From contig JBDRET010000047.1 of NCBI GenBank assembly GCA_043819495.1, positions 20,065-84,064 on the forward strand: a DNA stretch of 64,000 nucleotides, read 5' to 3'. The notes beneath the pieces were generated by a model. That model was not told the DNA's origin. It was given only the letters and a program-made list of their open reading frames with translations, and ran no database searches. A program made the position numbers and the translations under genes. This DNA comes from Candidatus Woesearchaeota archaeon. Lineage in GTDB: Archaea; Nanobdellota; Nanobdellia; Woesearchaeales; UBA11576. This document shows positions 56,326 through 64,000 of the stretch, in pieces (position 1 is the stretch's first letter; the number at the start of each line of letters is the position of its first letter).

Positions 56326-56438
56326 AAATATTTTTATTCTGATTGGCATATTTCTGTCAATAGTATTTTAATACGTGCAACGTATCTGTATCTTGATTGA
56401 ATCAAAATTAAATCAAATTTCGCTGGAGGTGAGTTTCA

Positions 56439-57011
56439 ATGACTCTTGTCAGTGTGAACTCTATTTACGATGGGGGAAAGCTCATTGCTGAGGCTTTCCG
56501 GAGTGATTATTTTACCGCATTGTTGTCTAAGGAGGCATTATGTCTGAAGAATGGGCATTACCTGAGCGGTTCTTCTGATATCAAGAACCATATAGTCTTG
56601 TCACCTGAAGACTTTGATGTTGTGGGTGAAGCGATCAGTCATTGGCAGCAGGAGAAAGATCATTTATGGGGCCAGCGTGCGCACGGCCATTCCTGGTGCG
56701 GATATCTTGGAACTACATACTATCCTCCGCACAGCGAGGACAGCACATATATCAAGAAGGGTGAGAGCAAGGATCATCTTGGCATCGGCAAGCTTGAAGA
56801 TCGTCTAAAGAAAGGTGACCTGGAATTCATCATCGAACGTTTCCGCCTTGGCATAGAGCGTGAGGGCCAGCGAGCCTTGTTCGATGCGTATCAGATACCT
56901 CTGATATCTGAGGCATTTATCCTTTACGATGCGAGAAAAGCCCATTACGAGAGGGCTGCAGATATAGATGACTGTCTGAGCCTGATCGGAAATAATGGGG
57001 TGTGGCCCTGA
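56439..57011 (+). CDS. Hypothetical protein
   Basis: 190-aa ORF preceded by GGAGGTGAG. No recognisable motif. Confidence 0.5.
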   Translation: MTLVSVNSIYDGGKLIAEAFRSDYFTALLSKEALCLKNGHYLSGSSDIKNHIVLSPEDFDVVGEAISHWQQEKDHLWGQRAHGHSWCGYLGTTYYPPHSEDSTYIKKGESKDHLGIGKLEDRLKKGDLEFIIERFRLGIEREGQRALFDAYQIPLISEAFILYDARKAHYERAADIDDCLSLIGNNGVWP

Positions 57012-57069
57012 GGCTGTTTTTAAACCCATTCCCAAAGATTTTTAATACCTTTTCAGTTCTTCACCTGTT

Positions 57070-58140
57070 ATGAGCCTTTTCAAGGACATGTTGAAGGGGG
57101 ATGAGTCTCTGTTCAGGAACGAGATGGCATTAGACTTCGAGTTCCTTCCTAAGATCATTCCCTACAGGGAGACTGAGCAGAGATATTTTGCTACTTGCAT
57201 AGCTCCGCTCCTGCAGGGACGCAACGGGCGCAACCTTTTTGTCTGCGGCGCTCCAGGCATAGGAAAGACTGCTGCGATGAAGTTTGTCTTCCGTGACCTT
57301 GAGGAGGAGACTGATGATGTAGTCCCTATCTACGTGAACTGTTGGCAGAAGAACACGACATTCAAGATACTTCTTGAGATCTGCGACCAGCTCGGCTACA
57401 AGCTTACGCATAACAAGCGTACTGAGGAACTGTTCGAGGTCGTCAAGCAGATGCTGAACAAGAAGGCAGCAGTCTTTGCTTTCGACGAGATAGATAAGGT
57501 TGAGGATTATGGTTTCCTATATTCTCTTACAGAGGAGATATACAAGAAATCTATCTTCATGATAACTAATCACAAGGATTGGATAACTGAACTTGACCAG
57601 CGCATAAAGTCACGCCTGATGCCTGACCTGCTTGAGTTTCGCAAGTATAATCTTGCAGAGACACAGGGCATCCTCAGGAAGCGTGCTGATCAGGCTTTTG
57701 TCCCTGGATGCTGGGATGACAATGCATTCGATGTCGTGTCAGTACGTGCATTCGAGCTTGAGGATGTCCGTCCTGGATTGCACCTGATGCGTGAGTCGGG
57801 GATGGCTGCAGAGGCGAAGTCTTCAAAGAAGATACTGATCGAGCACGTCAAGGAAGCATTCTCAAAGCTTGAGGAGTTCACGATAAAGCCAAAGGCAGCT
57901 CTTGACGATGACACCCAGATGATACTTCAGCTCGTGAAGGATAATTCTGGCAGCAAGATAGGCGACCTGTTCAAGCTCTATCAGGGACAGGGTGGTGTTG
58001 CTGTCTACAAGACATTCCAGAGGAAGATACGTAAGCTCGCTGATGGGAAATTTCTCAATATCCAGACGATAAAAGGCGGTGCTGAAGGCACTACATCAAT
58101 AATAAAGTACCAGACAACAAAGAAGCTTACGGATTTCTAG
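57070..58140 (+). CDS. cdc6: Orc1/Cdc6 replication initiator
   Basis: 356 aa. VCGAPGIGKTAAMK Walker A, FAFDEID Walker B, C-terminal winged helix. Confidence 0.9.
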   Translation: MSLFKDMLKGDESLFRNEMALDFEFLPKIIPYRETEQRYFATCIAPLLQGRNGRNLFVCGAPGIGKTAAMKFVFRDLEEETDDVVPIYVNCWQKNTTFKILLEICDQLGYKLTHNKRTEELFEVVKQMLNKKAAVFAFDEIDKVEDYGFLYSLTEEIYKKSIFMITNHKDWITELDQRIKSRLMPDLLEFRKYNLAETQGILRKRADQAFVPGCWDDNAFDVVSVRAFELEDVRPGLHLMRESGMAAEAKSSKKILIEHVKEAFSKLEEFTIKPKAALDDDTQMILQLVKDNSGSKIGDLFKLYQGQGGVAVYKTFQRKIRKLADGKFLNIQTIKGGAEGTTSIIKYQTTKKLTDF

Positions 58141-58336
58141 TTTTGTGCTCATATAGTTTAATCATTTTCTCTCCGCAAATCTTCCAATAGTCCTCTGTAA
58201 ACCCTTCCCTTACGTTCTATTATGCTACATTCTGGATTATCCCTGCTCACTACCCACTGGACACCTGTCCGGATGAGCTATTTAAACAGTTCCGTCATAC
58301 CTTACCTCATCAGAAAACAACAATCGAGGTGAAAAA

Positions 58337-58501
58337 ATGATGGCACAGAACTTCAACCCGGACCCTTCAGACCTTTCAAGCAGCACTATCCAGCAGCTCT
58401 TTTACAGGCAGATACGTTCACTTACGAGCAAGACGTCAGATGCGAGCCTGAATGATAAGCTGCGCACTTTTGATATGCAGTTCAGTGATGCATGGTTCTG
58501 A
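58337..58501 (+). CDS. Small hypothetical protein (54 aa)
   Basis: Not in the ORF track (under 60 aa). ATG lies 6 nt after GAGGTGA. MMAQNFNPDPSDLSSSTIQQLFYRQIRSLTSKTSDASLNDKLRTFDMQFSDAWF. Confidence 0.45.
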   Translation: MMAQNFNPDPSDLSSSTIQQLFYRQIRSLTSKTSDASLNDKLRTFDMQFSDAWF

Positions 58502-58534
58502 TGATTATATTCAAACTACTCAGGAGGTGATTGG

Positions 58535-58741
58535 ATGACTAAGAGATTTAAGAAGATTGGAAATTTTGAGGCAGCGAGCTTCATGCGCGAGCTGGAAAAA
58601 GATATGCTAGAGGAAGAAGAAGGCGACATCTTCACACTCACAGGGCTTGAGCGTGCCAGGGAGTCAGATGAGATATCTGATGTTGAAGAGGGCTTCATGT
58701 ACGGCTACATGCAAAACACAGACAACCTTGAGATGTATTAG
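58535..58741 (+). CDS. Small acidic hypothetical protein (68 aa)
   Basis: ATG preceded by AGGAGGTGATTGG. Highly acidic. Confidence 0.5.
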   Translation: MTKRFKKIGNFEAASFMRELEKDMLEEEEGDIFTLTGLERARESDEISDVEEGFMYGYMQNTDNLEMY

Positions 58742-58910
58742 TGTCCGTGTTTTGATGTCCTAAAATCCTGAAAGGATTTTATGATATGGAGGCCTGATAA
58801 TCTGTTTTTCATATTCTTTTTTGCCCCTTTTAAACCACTACTGTCTGACCTCGTTCTGCCCCGCAAGGGGCATTTTATTCTTTTTTTCATAATAACCTTT
58901 ATAAAAGAGA

Positions 58911-59507
58911 ATGTCCTGTTTATTGCGTATGCGAATAATACCGAAAGACGAGTTCGTGAAGGATATACTTGCTTATGCAGACATGTTGCATGAAGGCGCT
59001 GTGTTCATCTACCCTACAGATACTCTGTATGGCATCGGTTGTGATGCGCGCAGGCCAGGGCTTATCCAGCGGGTGCGGAATATAAAGATCAACCATAGGC
59101 AGGCGATGTCTGTAATCGCACCTTCTAAGAAGTGGATAAAGGATAATCTTGTTTACAAGAAGGAGTTTGACGAATGGTTCGGTAAGCTTCCTGGTCCATA
59201 CACTCTCATAATGGAAGTGAAGAACAAAGAGTGCGTGTACATGCAGGATGTGAATCCGCATAATAATACTCTTGGTGTCAGGATACCGAATCATTGGATA
59301 GCTGATGTGGTGAAAAAGCTAGGTTTTCCGATTATAACGACAAGCCTTAACATCCATGGGGAGCCGCCGTGTAAGTCTTTGGCTCACATAAGTCATAACA
59401 TAAAGATAATGACTGATTTTGCGATCGATGAAGGGATCATAGATGGAAAACCTTCAACACTGATAGATCTTACGCAGACTCCGCCTAAGATAATCGAGAG
59501 GAAATGA
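58911..59507 (+). CDS. tsaC: L-threonylcarbamoyladenylate synthase, YrdC/Sua5 (TsaC) family
   Basis: 198 aa. VFIYPTDTLYGIGCDA motif. Start uncertain (alternative ATG at 58929). Confidence 0.8.
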   Translation: MSCLLRMRIIPKDEFVKDILAYADMLHEGAVFIYPTDTLYGIGCDARRPGLIQRVRNIKINHRQAMSVIAPSKKWIKDNLVYKKEFDEWFGKLPGPYTLIMEVKNKECVYMQDVNPHNNTLGVRIPNHWIADVVKKLGFPIITTSLNIHGEPPCKSLAHISHNIKIMTDFAIDEGIIDGKPSTLIDLTQTPPKIIERK

Positions 59508-60166
59508 TTGCTATGTCTGAAGAGAACTCTGATTCCGGAAGTGATAAGAAGCTTAAGATACTGGCAGCGTCAGACATCCACGGCGATACGAAGACAATAA
59601 ATGATCTTGCTGAGCGTGCAGAGAAAGAGGACGTCGATCTCGTCGTGCTCTGCGGTGATCTTACTCTTGGTGAGATGTCTACTGATAATATAATAGGTCC
59701 TTTTGCAAAGAGGCACAAGAAAGTGCTTCTGATCCCGGGCAATCATGAGACTGTAGCTACTGCAGATTTTCTTGCTGATCTTTACAAGCCTCATGCACGT
59801 AACATCCATGGCTATTCTGTGCGCTACAAGGATGTGGGTATCTTTGGTGCAGGGGGTGCGACAAATATCGGGCCTCAGCCACCAATAGATGAGGGTGAGA
59901 TGTACGATCTTCTGAAGAAGGGATTTGATAAGATAAGATATCTGAAGAAGAAGATAATGGTCACGCATATCCATCCTACAGAGTCGAAGATGGAGAAATT
60001 ATCAAAGTTCGTGCCTGGCTCTTCTGCTGTCCAGAGGGCAATCAAGACTTTCAAGCCTGACCTGCTGCTTTGCGGGCATGTCCACGAGGCAGAAGGCCTT
60101 GAGGAGAAGATAGGGAATACGACAGTGATCAATGTCGGCCGGAAAGGCAAGATTATCAGTATCTAA
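59504..60166 (+). CDS. Calcineurin-like metallophosphoesterase
   Basis: 220 aa. SDIHGD, LCGDL, PGNHE, GHVHE motifs. 4-nt overlap with tsaC. Confidence 0.8.
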   Translation: MIAMSEENSDSGSDKKLKILAASDIHGDTKTINDLAERAEKEDVDLVVLCGDLTLGEMSTDNIIGPFAKRHKKVLLIPGNHETVATADFLADLYKPHARNIHGYSVRYKDVGIFGAGGATNIGPQPPIDEGEMYDLLKKGFDKIRYLKKKIMVTHIHPTESKMEKLSKFVPGSSAVQRAIKTFKPDLLLCGHVHEAEGLEEKIGNTTVINVGRKGKIISI

Positions 60167-60184
60167 GCATACATCTTTTTCTTA

Positions 60185-60342
60185 AGGGTCAAGACCGCCT
60201 AGCGAACGTTGGACTGATAAGCGAAAACTATCGCAGTTGGCCCAAGCTCTGCTTGGGAGATTACGAACCAAAGGTTCGAAATGGGCAAACAGAAGAGAGT
60301 CCAGAAGCGATGTCATAAAATTATTGGTAAGTACTTGACCCT
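60185..60342 (+). ncRNA. tRNA-like structured RNA, family copy C (enlarged second arm)
   Basis: 9-bp closing helix AGGGTCAAG/CTTGACCCT. CCTAGCGAAC and GCAGTTGGCC junction strands. Loop CTGATAAGCGAAAAC resembles TGATAGAAGCGATAAC in copy A. Internal helices TGGACT/AGTCCA, CCCAAGC/GCTTGGG, CGAACC/GGTTCG. Confidence 0.45.
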
Positions 60343-60513
60343 GCACTAAAGTGAGGACTTATAAAACAATAATTTTAGGACACTAAAGACCGATTTGCGG
60401 TCTTTGCGTGTGAGCGCGGTGTTGACCGTTTAGAAGATGAATAAATCAAGGTCTCTAAGCATAATGTTTATAAATCGCCTATTTTTCTTGATTTTTACCC
60501 TGATTACCCAGTT

Positions 60514-60597
60514 GCGGGGGTGCCGGAGTGGTCAAACGGGCTACGTTCAGGGCGTAGTAGCTTAGTGCTTACGAGGGTTCAAACCCCTTCTCCCGCA
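60514..60597 (+). tRNA. tRNA-Leu(CAG), no intron
   Basis: Acceptor GCGGGGG/CTCCCGC (one G:U), discriminator A. D-arm GCC-GGAGTGGTCAAAC-GGG. Anticodon arm CTACG-TTCAGGG-CGTAG. Long variable arm. T-arm GAGGG TTCAAAC CCCTT. Confidence 0.88.
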
Positions 60598-60783
60598 GTT
60601 TAATTGTTTTATGTGGGTTACAGCGTCCCGTTGAATGTAGTGAAATGGGACTGGGTTGCGCGTATCAAATGAGCAAGATCATTTGCGAGTCGTTTCAAAC
60701 CCCTTCTCCCGCATTGAACAGAGTGAGATGTGGGGAAGGTTCCAGAAATCTCTGATTTCTGATATCTTCTCCCGCAGTTTAAT
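60578..60783 (+). repeat. Three nested direct copies of the tRNA-Leu 3' end
   Basis: TTCAAACCCCTTCTCCCGCA at 60578-60597 (tRNA) and 60694-60713 (20/20). CTTCTCCCGCAGTTTAAT at 60587-60604 and 60766-60783 (18/18). Confidence 0.85.
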
Positions 60784-60852
60784 ATTTTTCTCAATTGATA
60801 ATCAAAACATTTATACATTATATTCTTTTTATTATGTGTACAGTGTTGAGGT

Positions 60853-62004
60853 ATGCTGGCTATGAATGTATTGATACTAGGACTTGGAGCTCAGGGAAAG
60901 GCGACGCTTTTTGATATTGTGCAGAATAAGGATATCAGGAATATTGTTGTTGTAGAGAACAATCCTGCTCAGATAGCAGGATTCATCAGTCGCATCAATG
61001 ATTCAAGGGTCAAGGTCACATCTGCGGATGCTAACAGTAGGGAGGAGATGCTACCTCTGTTGAAAGAAGCAGACATCATCATCGATCTTCTGCCGACTCC
61101 GTTCAGGAAACATATTGCAGAGATGGCAATAGAGGCAGGGACTGATCTTGTGAATACTTCTTTTAGGCATCATATTGAATCTTGCGCTCCTGCAGCTGCT
61201 TTGAAGGGTGTGCGGATAATCCCTGAGGCAGGTCTTGATCCGGGCATAGATCTTGTGCTTGCAGGTAATGCGATATCCCGTTTTGATAAGATTGAGGAGT
61301 TCCGTTCTGCCTGTGGCGGGGTGCCAGTGAAAGAAGCATGTGATAACCCTATCAACTATAAGGTCAGTTGGATTTTTGAGGGGGTATTAGGTGCTTACAC
61401 GCGACCCGCAGATATACTTGTCAATGGTGAGATAATACATATTGATGGTGATAAGATATTTGATCATAGTGAAGAGGTTGAACTGGAAGGTATAGGGAGG
61501 TTTGATCGTTATCCTAATGGTAATGCATCTTCTTACGCTGCGCTTCTGGGCATTACAGGTCAGGTGAAGGATATGGGTCGTTATACCTTAAGGTGGCCAG
61601 GACATTCTGATTTCTGGAAGAAGATAGTGGCTCTTGGTCTTATAAGCGATGATCCGGTATTAGGGATGAGCCCAAGAAAGTTCATGTCAAAGGTGCTTGA
61701 GCCAAGGCTGCAGTACAAAGATGACGAGCAGGATATGGTGGTGCTTATCAATGATATTACTGGCATCAAAGATGGTAAGAGAAAACATATCACTCAGACA
61801 TTGGTTGACAAGAGAGATCTTGATACTGGTTTTATGGCGATGAATCGGACAGTCGGGTTCACCGCGAGCATAGTTGCACAGATGGTCCTTTCAGGTAAGA
61901 TAAAAGGGAAAGGGATATTGAACTCCGCAAAGGACATACCTTATGATTATTTCATCGCCGAGCTGGTTAAGCGAGGCATAACAGTGGAGGAGAAGGAAGA
62001 ATGA
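60853..62004 (+). CDS. Saccharopine dehydrogenase-family NAD(P) oxidoreductase
   Basis: 383 aa. VLILGLGAQGKATLFDI Rossmann motif and overall family pattern. A polyamine-related role is possible but unproven. Confidence 0.7.
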   Translation: MLAMNVLILGLGAQGKATLFDIVQNKDIRNIVVVENNPAQIAGFISRINDSRVKVTSADANSREEMLPLLKEADIIIDLLPTPFRKHIAEMAIEAGTDLVNTSFRHHIESCAPAAALKGVRIIPEAGLDPGIDLVLAGNAISRFDKIEEFRSACGGVPVKEACDNPINYKVSWIFEGVLGAYTRPADILVNGEIIHIDGDKIFDHSEEVELEGIGRFDRYPNGNASSYAALLGITGQVKDMGRYTLRWPGHSDFWKKIVALGLISDDPVLGMSPRKFMSKVLEPRLQYKDDEQDMVVLINDITGIKDGKRKHITQTLVDKRDLDTGFMAMNRTVGFTASIVAQMVLSGKIKGKGILNSAKDIPYDYFIAELVKRGITVEEKEE

Positions 62005-62014
62005 GAGAAGCATC

Positions 62015-62902
62015 ATGATGAGGCATAAAGTATTGTTCACTTCAGACGTGCATGGTAATGAGGATCAGTTCAAGAAGTTCATAGATTACGCTATACAGGT
62101 ACGTGCAGACACGTTGATTATTGGTGGGGATATAGCTCCTAAACACTTTGCATCAGATGTATACTTGAGTGGTCAGAGGAGATTCCTTAAGGAACGCCTG
62201 CCAGAACTGTTAAAGCCTTTGAAACAGGGGCTTCCTGAAGCTAATCTGTTTATGATGATGGGAAATGATGATTGTGCAGCAAACCTTGATGTTCTTGAAA
62301 GTTACGAACCTGAATTTTATCAGATAATGCATGGCAAGAGGTTGAGTTTGACCGCAGATTTTGATATCGTCGGGTATGCTATCGTCCCTATCACTCCATT
62401 TTCCGTCAAGGATTGGGAGAAATATGACCTTTCTGATGTCCCGCAGGATATTGAGAAAAGATATGCTGAGCGAAAGGCTGCTGGGTATAAGTTAAGCGGG
62501 GTAAAGAGCGTTGGTGATGCTCACATACCTTTCACTTTCAGCGAAGATATGGAGAAAGATGATTCGATCCAGAAAGATCTGTCCGCTGAACTGTTCAGGA
62601 AGGATGCTGGCAAGACAGTCTATGTATTCCATTCTCCTCCTGATGATACTGTCCTTGATCAGTTAGAGGGAGGGATTCATGCAGGTAGTTTTGCCATACG
62701 TCATTTTATAGACGAGTTTCAGCCGTACTTGGCATTGCACGGTCATATACACGAGACTGTTGATATATCGGGCAAATTCAGGGAGGATATCGGTAAGACT
62801 GTATGCTTGTCATCAGGAAACCATAATGAGGACAAGAGACTCGCAGTACTTGTATTCGACCTATACGCCCTTTCAGGGGTTGAGAGGATACTATCTGAAT
62901 GA
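62015..62902 (+). CDS. Metallophosphoesterase
   Basis: 295 aa. SDVHGN, IGGDI, GNDD, HSPP, HGHIHE motifs. Confidence 0.75.
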   Translation: MMRHKVLFTSDVHGNEDQFKKFIDYAIQVRADTLIIGGDIAPKHFASDVYLSGQRRFLKERLPELLKPLKQGLPEANLFMMMGNDDCAANLDVLESYEPEFYQIMHGKRLSLTADFDIVGYAIVPITPFSVKDWEKYDLSDVPQDIEKRYAERKAAGYKLSGVKSVGDAHIPFTFSEDMEKDDSIQKDLSAELFRKDAGKTVYVFHSPPDDTVLDQLEGGIHAGSFAIRHFIDEFQPYLALHGHIHETVDISGKFREDIGKTVCLSSGNHNEDKRLAVLVFDLYALSGVERILSE

Positions 62903-62915
62903 TAGTGTTTTGAAG

Positions 62916-63347
62916 ATGATACCTAAAAAGATCCTTGCATTCGGGACATTTGATATATTCCACCCTGGCCACGAGTTCTTCCTTAGGGAAGCAAAGAAGC
63001 AGGGGGAGCATCTTTCTGTAGTCCTCGCAAGGGATGATACAGTGAATAAGGTGAAGGGAGTCCCTACTGTAAACGATGAGCTCGCGCGGCTTGCAATGAT
63101 CAAGTCATTGGATTATGTTGACTATGCCTGTCTTGGTAGTGAGGATAATAAGTATGAGATAATAACTGAGCTAAAGCCAGATATCATCTTCCTTGGTTAT
63201 GATCAGAATGCTTTTGTGGATGGACTATCAGGTTTCCTTGACAAGAACGGTATCTCCTGTAAGGTATTGCGGCTGAAAGACAGCCTCAAGCCCGAAGTAT
63301 ATAAATCGTCTAAGCTCAGGGGCGGGTTAGACCACAATAAAGAATAA
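62916..63347 (+). CDS. ribL: Cytidylyltransferase-like nucleotidyltransferase, archaeal FAD synthase RibL-like
   Basis: ORF track starts at 62760, inside the previous gene. ATG 62916 gives MIPKKILAFGTFDIFHPGHEFFLREAKK (the (T/H)xGH motif). Confidence 0.75.
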   Translation: MIPKKILAFGTFDIFHPGHEFFLREAKKQGEHLSVVLARDDTVNKVKGVPTVNDELARLAMIKSLDYVDYACLGSEDNKYEIITELKPDIIFLGYDQNAFVDGLSGFLDKNGISCKVLRLKDSLKPEVYKSSKLRGGLDHNKE

Positions 63348-63407
63348 ATACTGAACCATCATTTTCATCTTGATTTTTTATCTTAATCAAACTTTGAGGT
63401 GCGGGAC

Positions 63408-64000
63408 ATGAGAAAAATTAGTGCTTTATTCATTATTACAATGCTTGTCGTTCTTCTTTTTGCAGTAGGATGCGCAAAAGAGGAGAAGCCGACAAGGACG
63501 CTTGTCTCACGGTCTACCGATGCAAAGCCTGCCGCTGAAGAGCCTATGGCTACAGTCGCAGAGACGGAGAAGCCTGCAGTAGTCAAGACTGCTCCATCAA
63601 AATCCTCTTTGGCTTCAGGAGCAAGGGCAGATTGTGAGCAGCTTTCTAATTCAGAGATAAGTGGTGTGTTTGCTGGCTCATGGACAAAGAGTTCTGACTG
63701 TCCTAAGCGTCCTGCGATGCCTTCTGGTGTTGATGTCTGCATGTGCACTTATGAAGGTCCTGGTCAGCTCTATGTGAATGTAGAGACTCAGTTATATGCA
63801 GATGAAGCTGAAGCGATCCGTGTCTTCAAGATGTACTGCGCTGATGAGGAGAATGAGGTCGGTGACATGTCATGCAGGCGTGTGAGATCATCTTCACTCA
63901 CTCCGAACTTTGTCTACTTCCTGAGCGGCAATACTTTCGTGAAAGTGTCCTGCCTTGGCGGGTCATGCCCATTGGATGCTGTTGCGGAACTGGCAAAGCA
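63408..64000 (+). CDS. Putative lipoprotein, N-terminal part (runs off the right edge)
   Basis: Not in the ORF track (no stop in the window). ATG lies 6 nt after GAGGTGCGG. MRKISALFIITMLVVLLFAVGCAKEEK (lipobox-like). The frame is open to position 64000. Confidence 0.65.
   Translation, partial: MRKISALFIITMLVVLLFAVGCAKEEKPTRTLVSRSTDAKPAAEEPMATVAETEKPAVVKTAPSKSSLASGARADCEQLSNSEISGVFAGSWTKSSDCPKRPAMPSGVDVCMCTYEGPGQLYVNVETQLYADEAEAIRVFKMYCADEENEVGDMSCRRVRSSSLTPNFVYFLSGNTFVKVSCLGGSCPLDAVAELAK

Noticed and set aside
62760-62915. N-terminal extension of the RibL-like ORF.
   Set aside because: It overlaps the 3' end of the preceding metallophosphoesterase gene in another frame. The conserved nucleotidyltransferase fold starts at MIPKKILAFGTFD.
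63383-63748. 121-aa minus-strand ORF.
   Set aside because: The plus strand encodes a lipoprotein with a ribosome-binding site, a signal peptide and a lipobox, open to the window end. The minus-strand ORF is its shadow.
1-64000. CRISPR array or rRNA genes.
   Set aside because: I saw no regularly spaced 25-40-nt repeats. The direct repeats found are pairs or triplets tied to tRNA 3' ends or single insertions. I recognised no 16S or 23S-like conserved strings.

Overview
Archaeal chromosome fragment. The gene set includes GatD/GatE, Cdc48, Orc1/Cdc6, SMC, deoxyhypusine synthase, archease and class III signal-peptide pilins. Ribosome-binding sites are of the GGAGGTGA type and the AT-rich spacers carry TTTATAAA-like TATA boxes. 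By inference this fits a small-genome, DPANN-like archaeon. I support about 60 protein genes, 5 tRNA genes and several non-coding elements. Main observations: (1) Four of the five tRNA genes are interrupted. tRNA-Arg(CCU) appears to carry three introns (D-arm, 37/38, T-loop) and tRNA-Ser(GCU) two (37/38, T-loop). (2) A family of tRNA-like structured RNAs sits 3' of plus-strand genes, most copies preceded by AT-rich TATA-like tracts. Their closing helices covary, their junction strands are conserved, and they share ordered sequence blocks with the tRNA-Arg gene, including its intron ends. (3) Nested direct repeats of tRNA 3' ends lie downstream of tRNA-Gly and tRNA-Leu, and other short insertions are flanked by direct repeats. 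(4) A 542-aa LAGLIDADG intein splits the SMC Walker A loop, and a free-standing LAGLIDADG gene lies elsewhere. (5) An 11-kb type IV pilus-like locus has eight pilin-like genes, a split platform protein and no prepilin peptidase in the window. (6) A large Cys-rich surface protein gene has an in-frame TAA eight codons after its ATG, followed by about 630 nt of clearly coding frame with no canonical start. (7) A three-gene island of unknown function lies between tRNA-Ser and tRNA-iMet. All functional calls come from motif recognition by eye; no searches were run.
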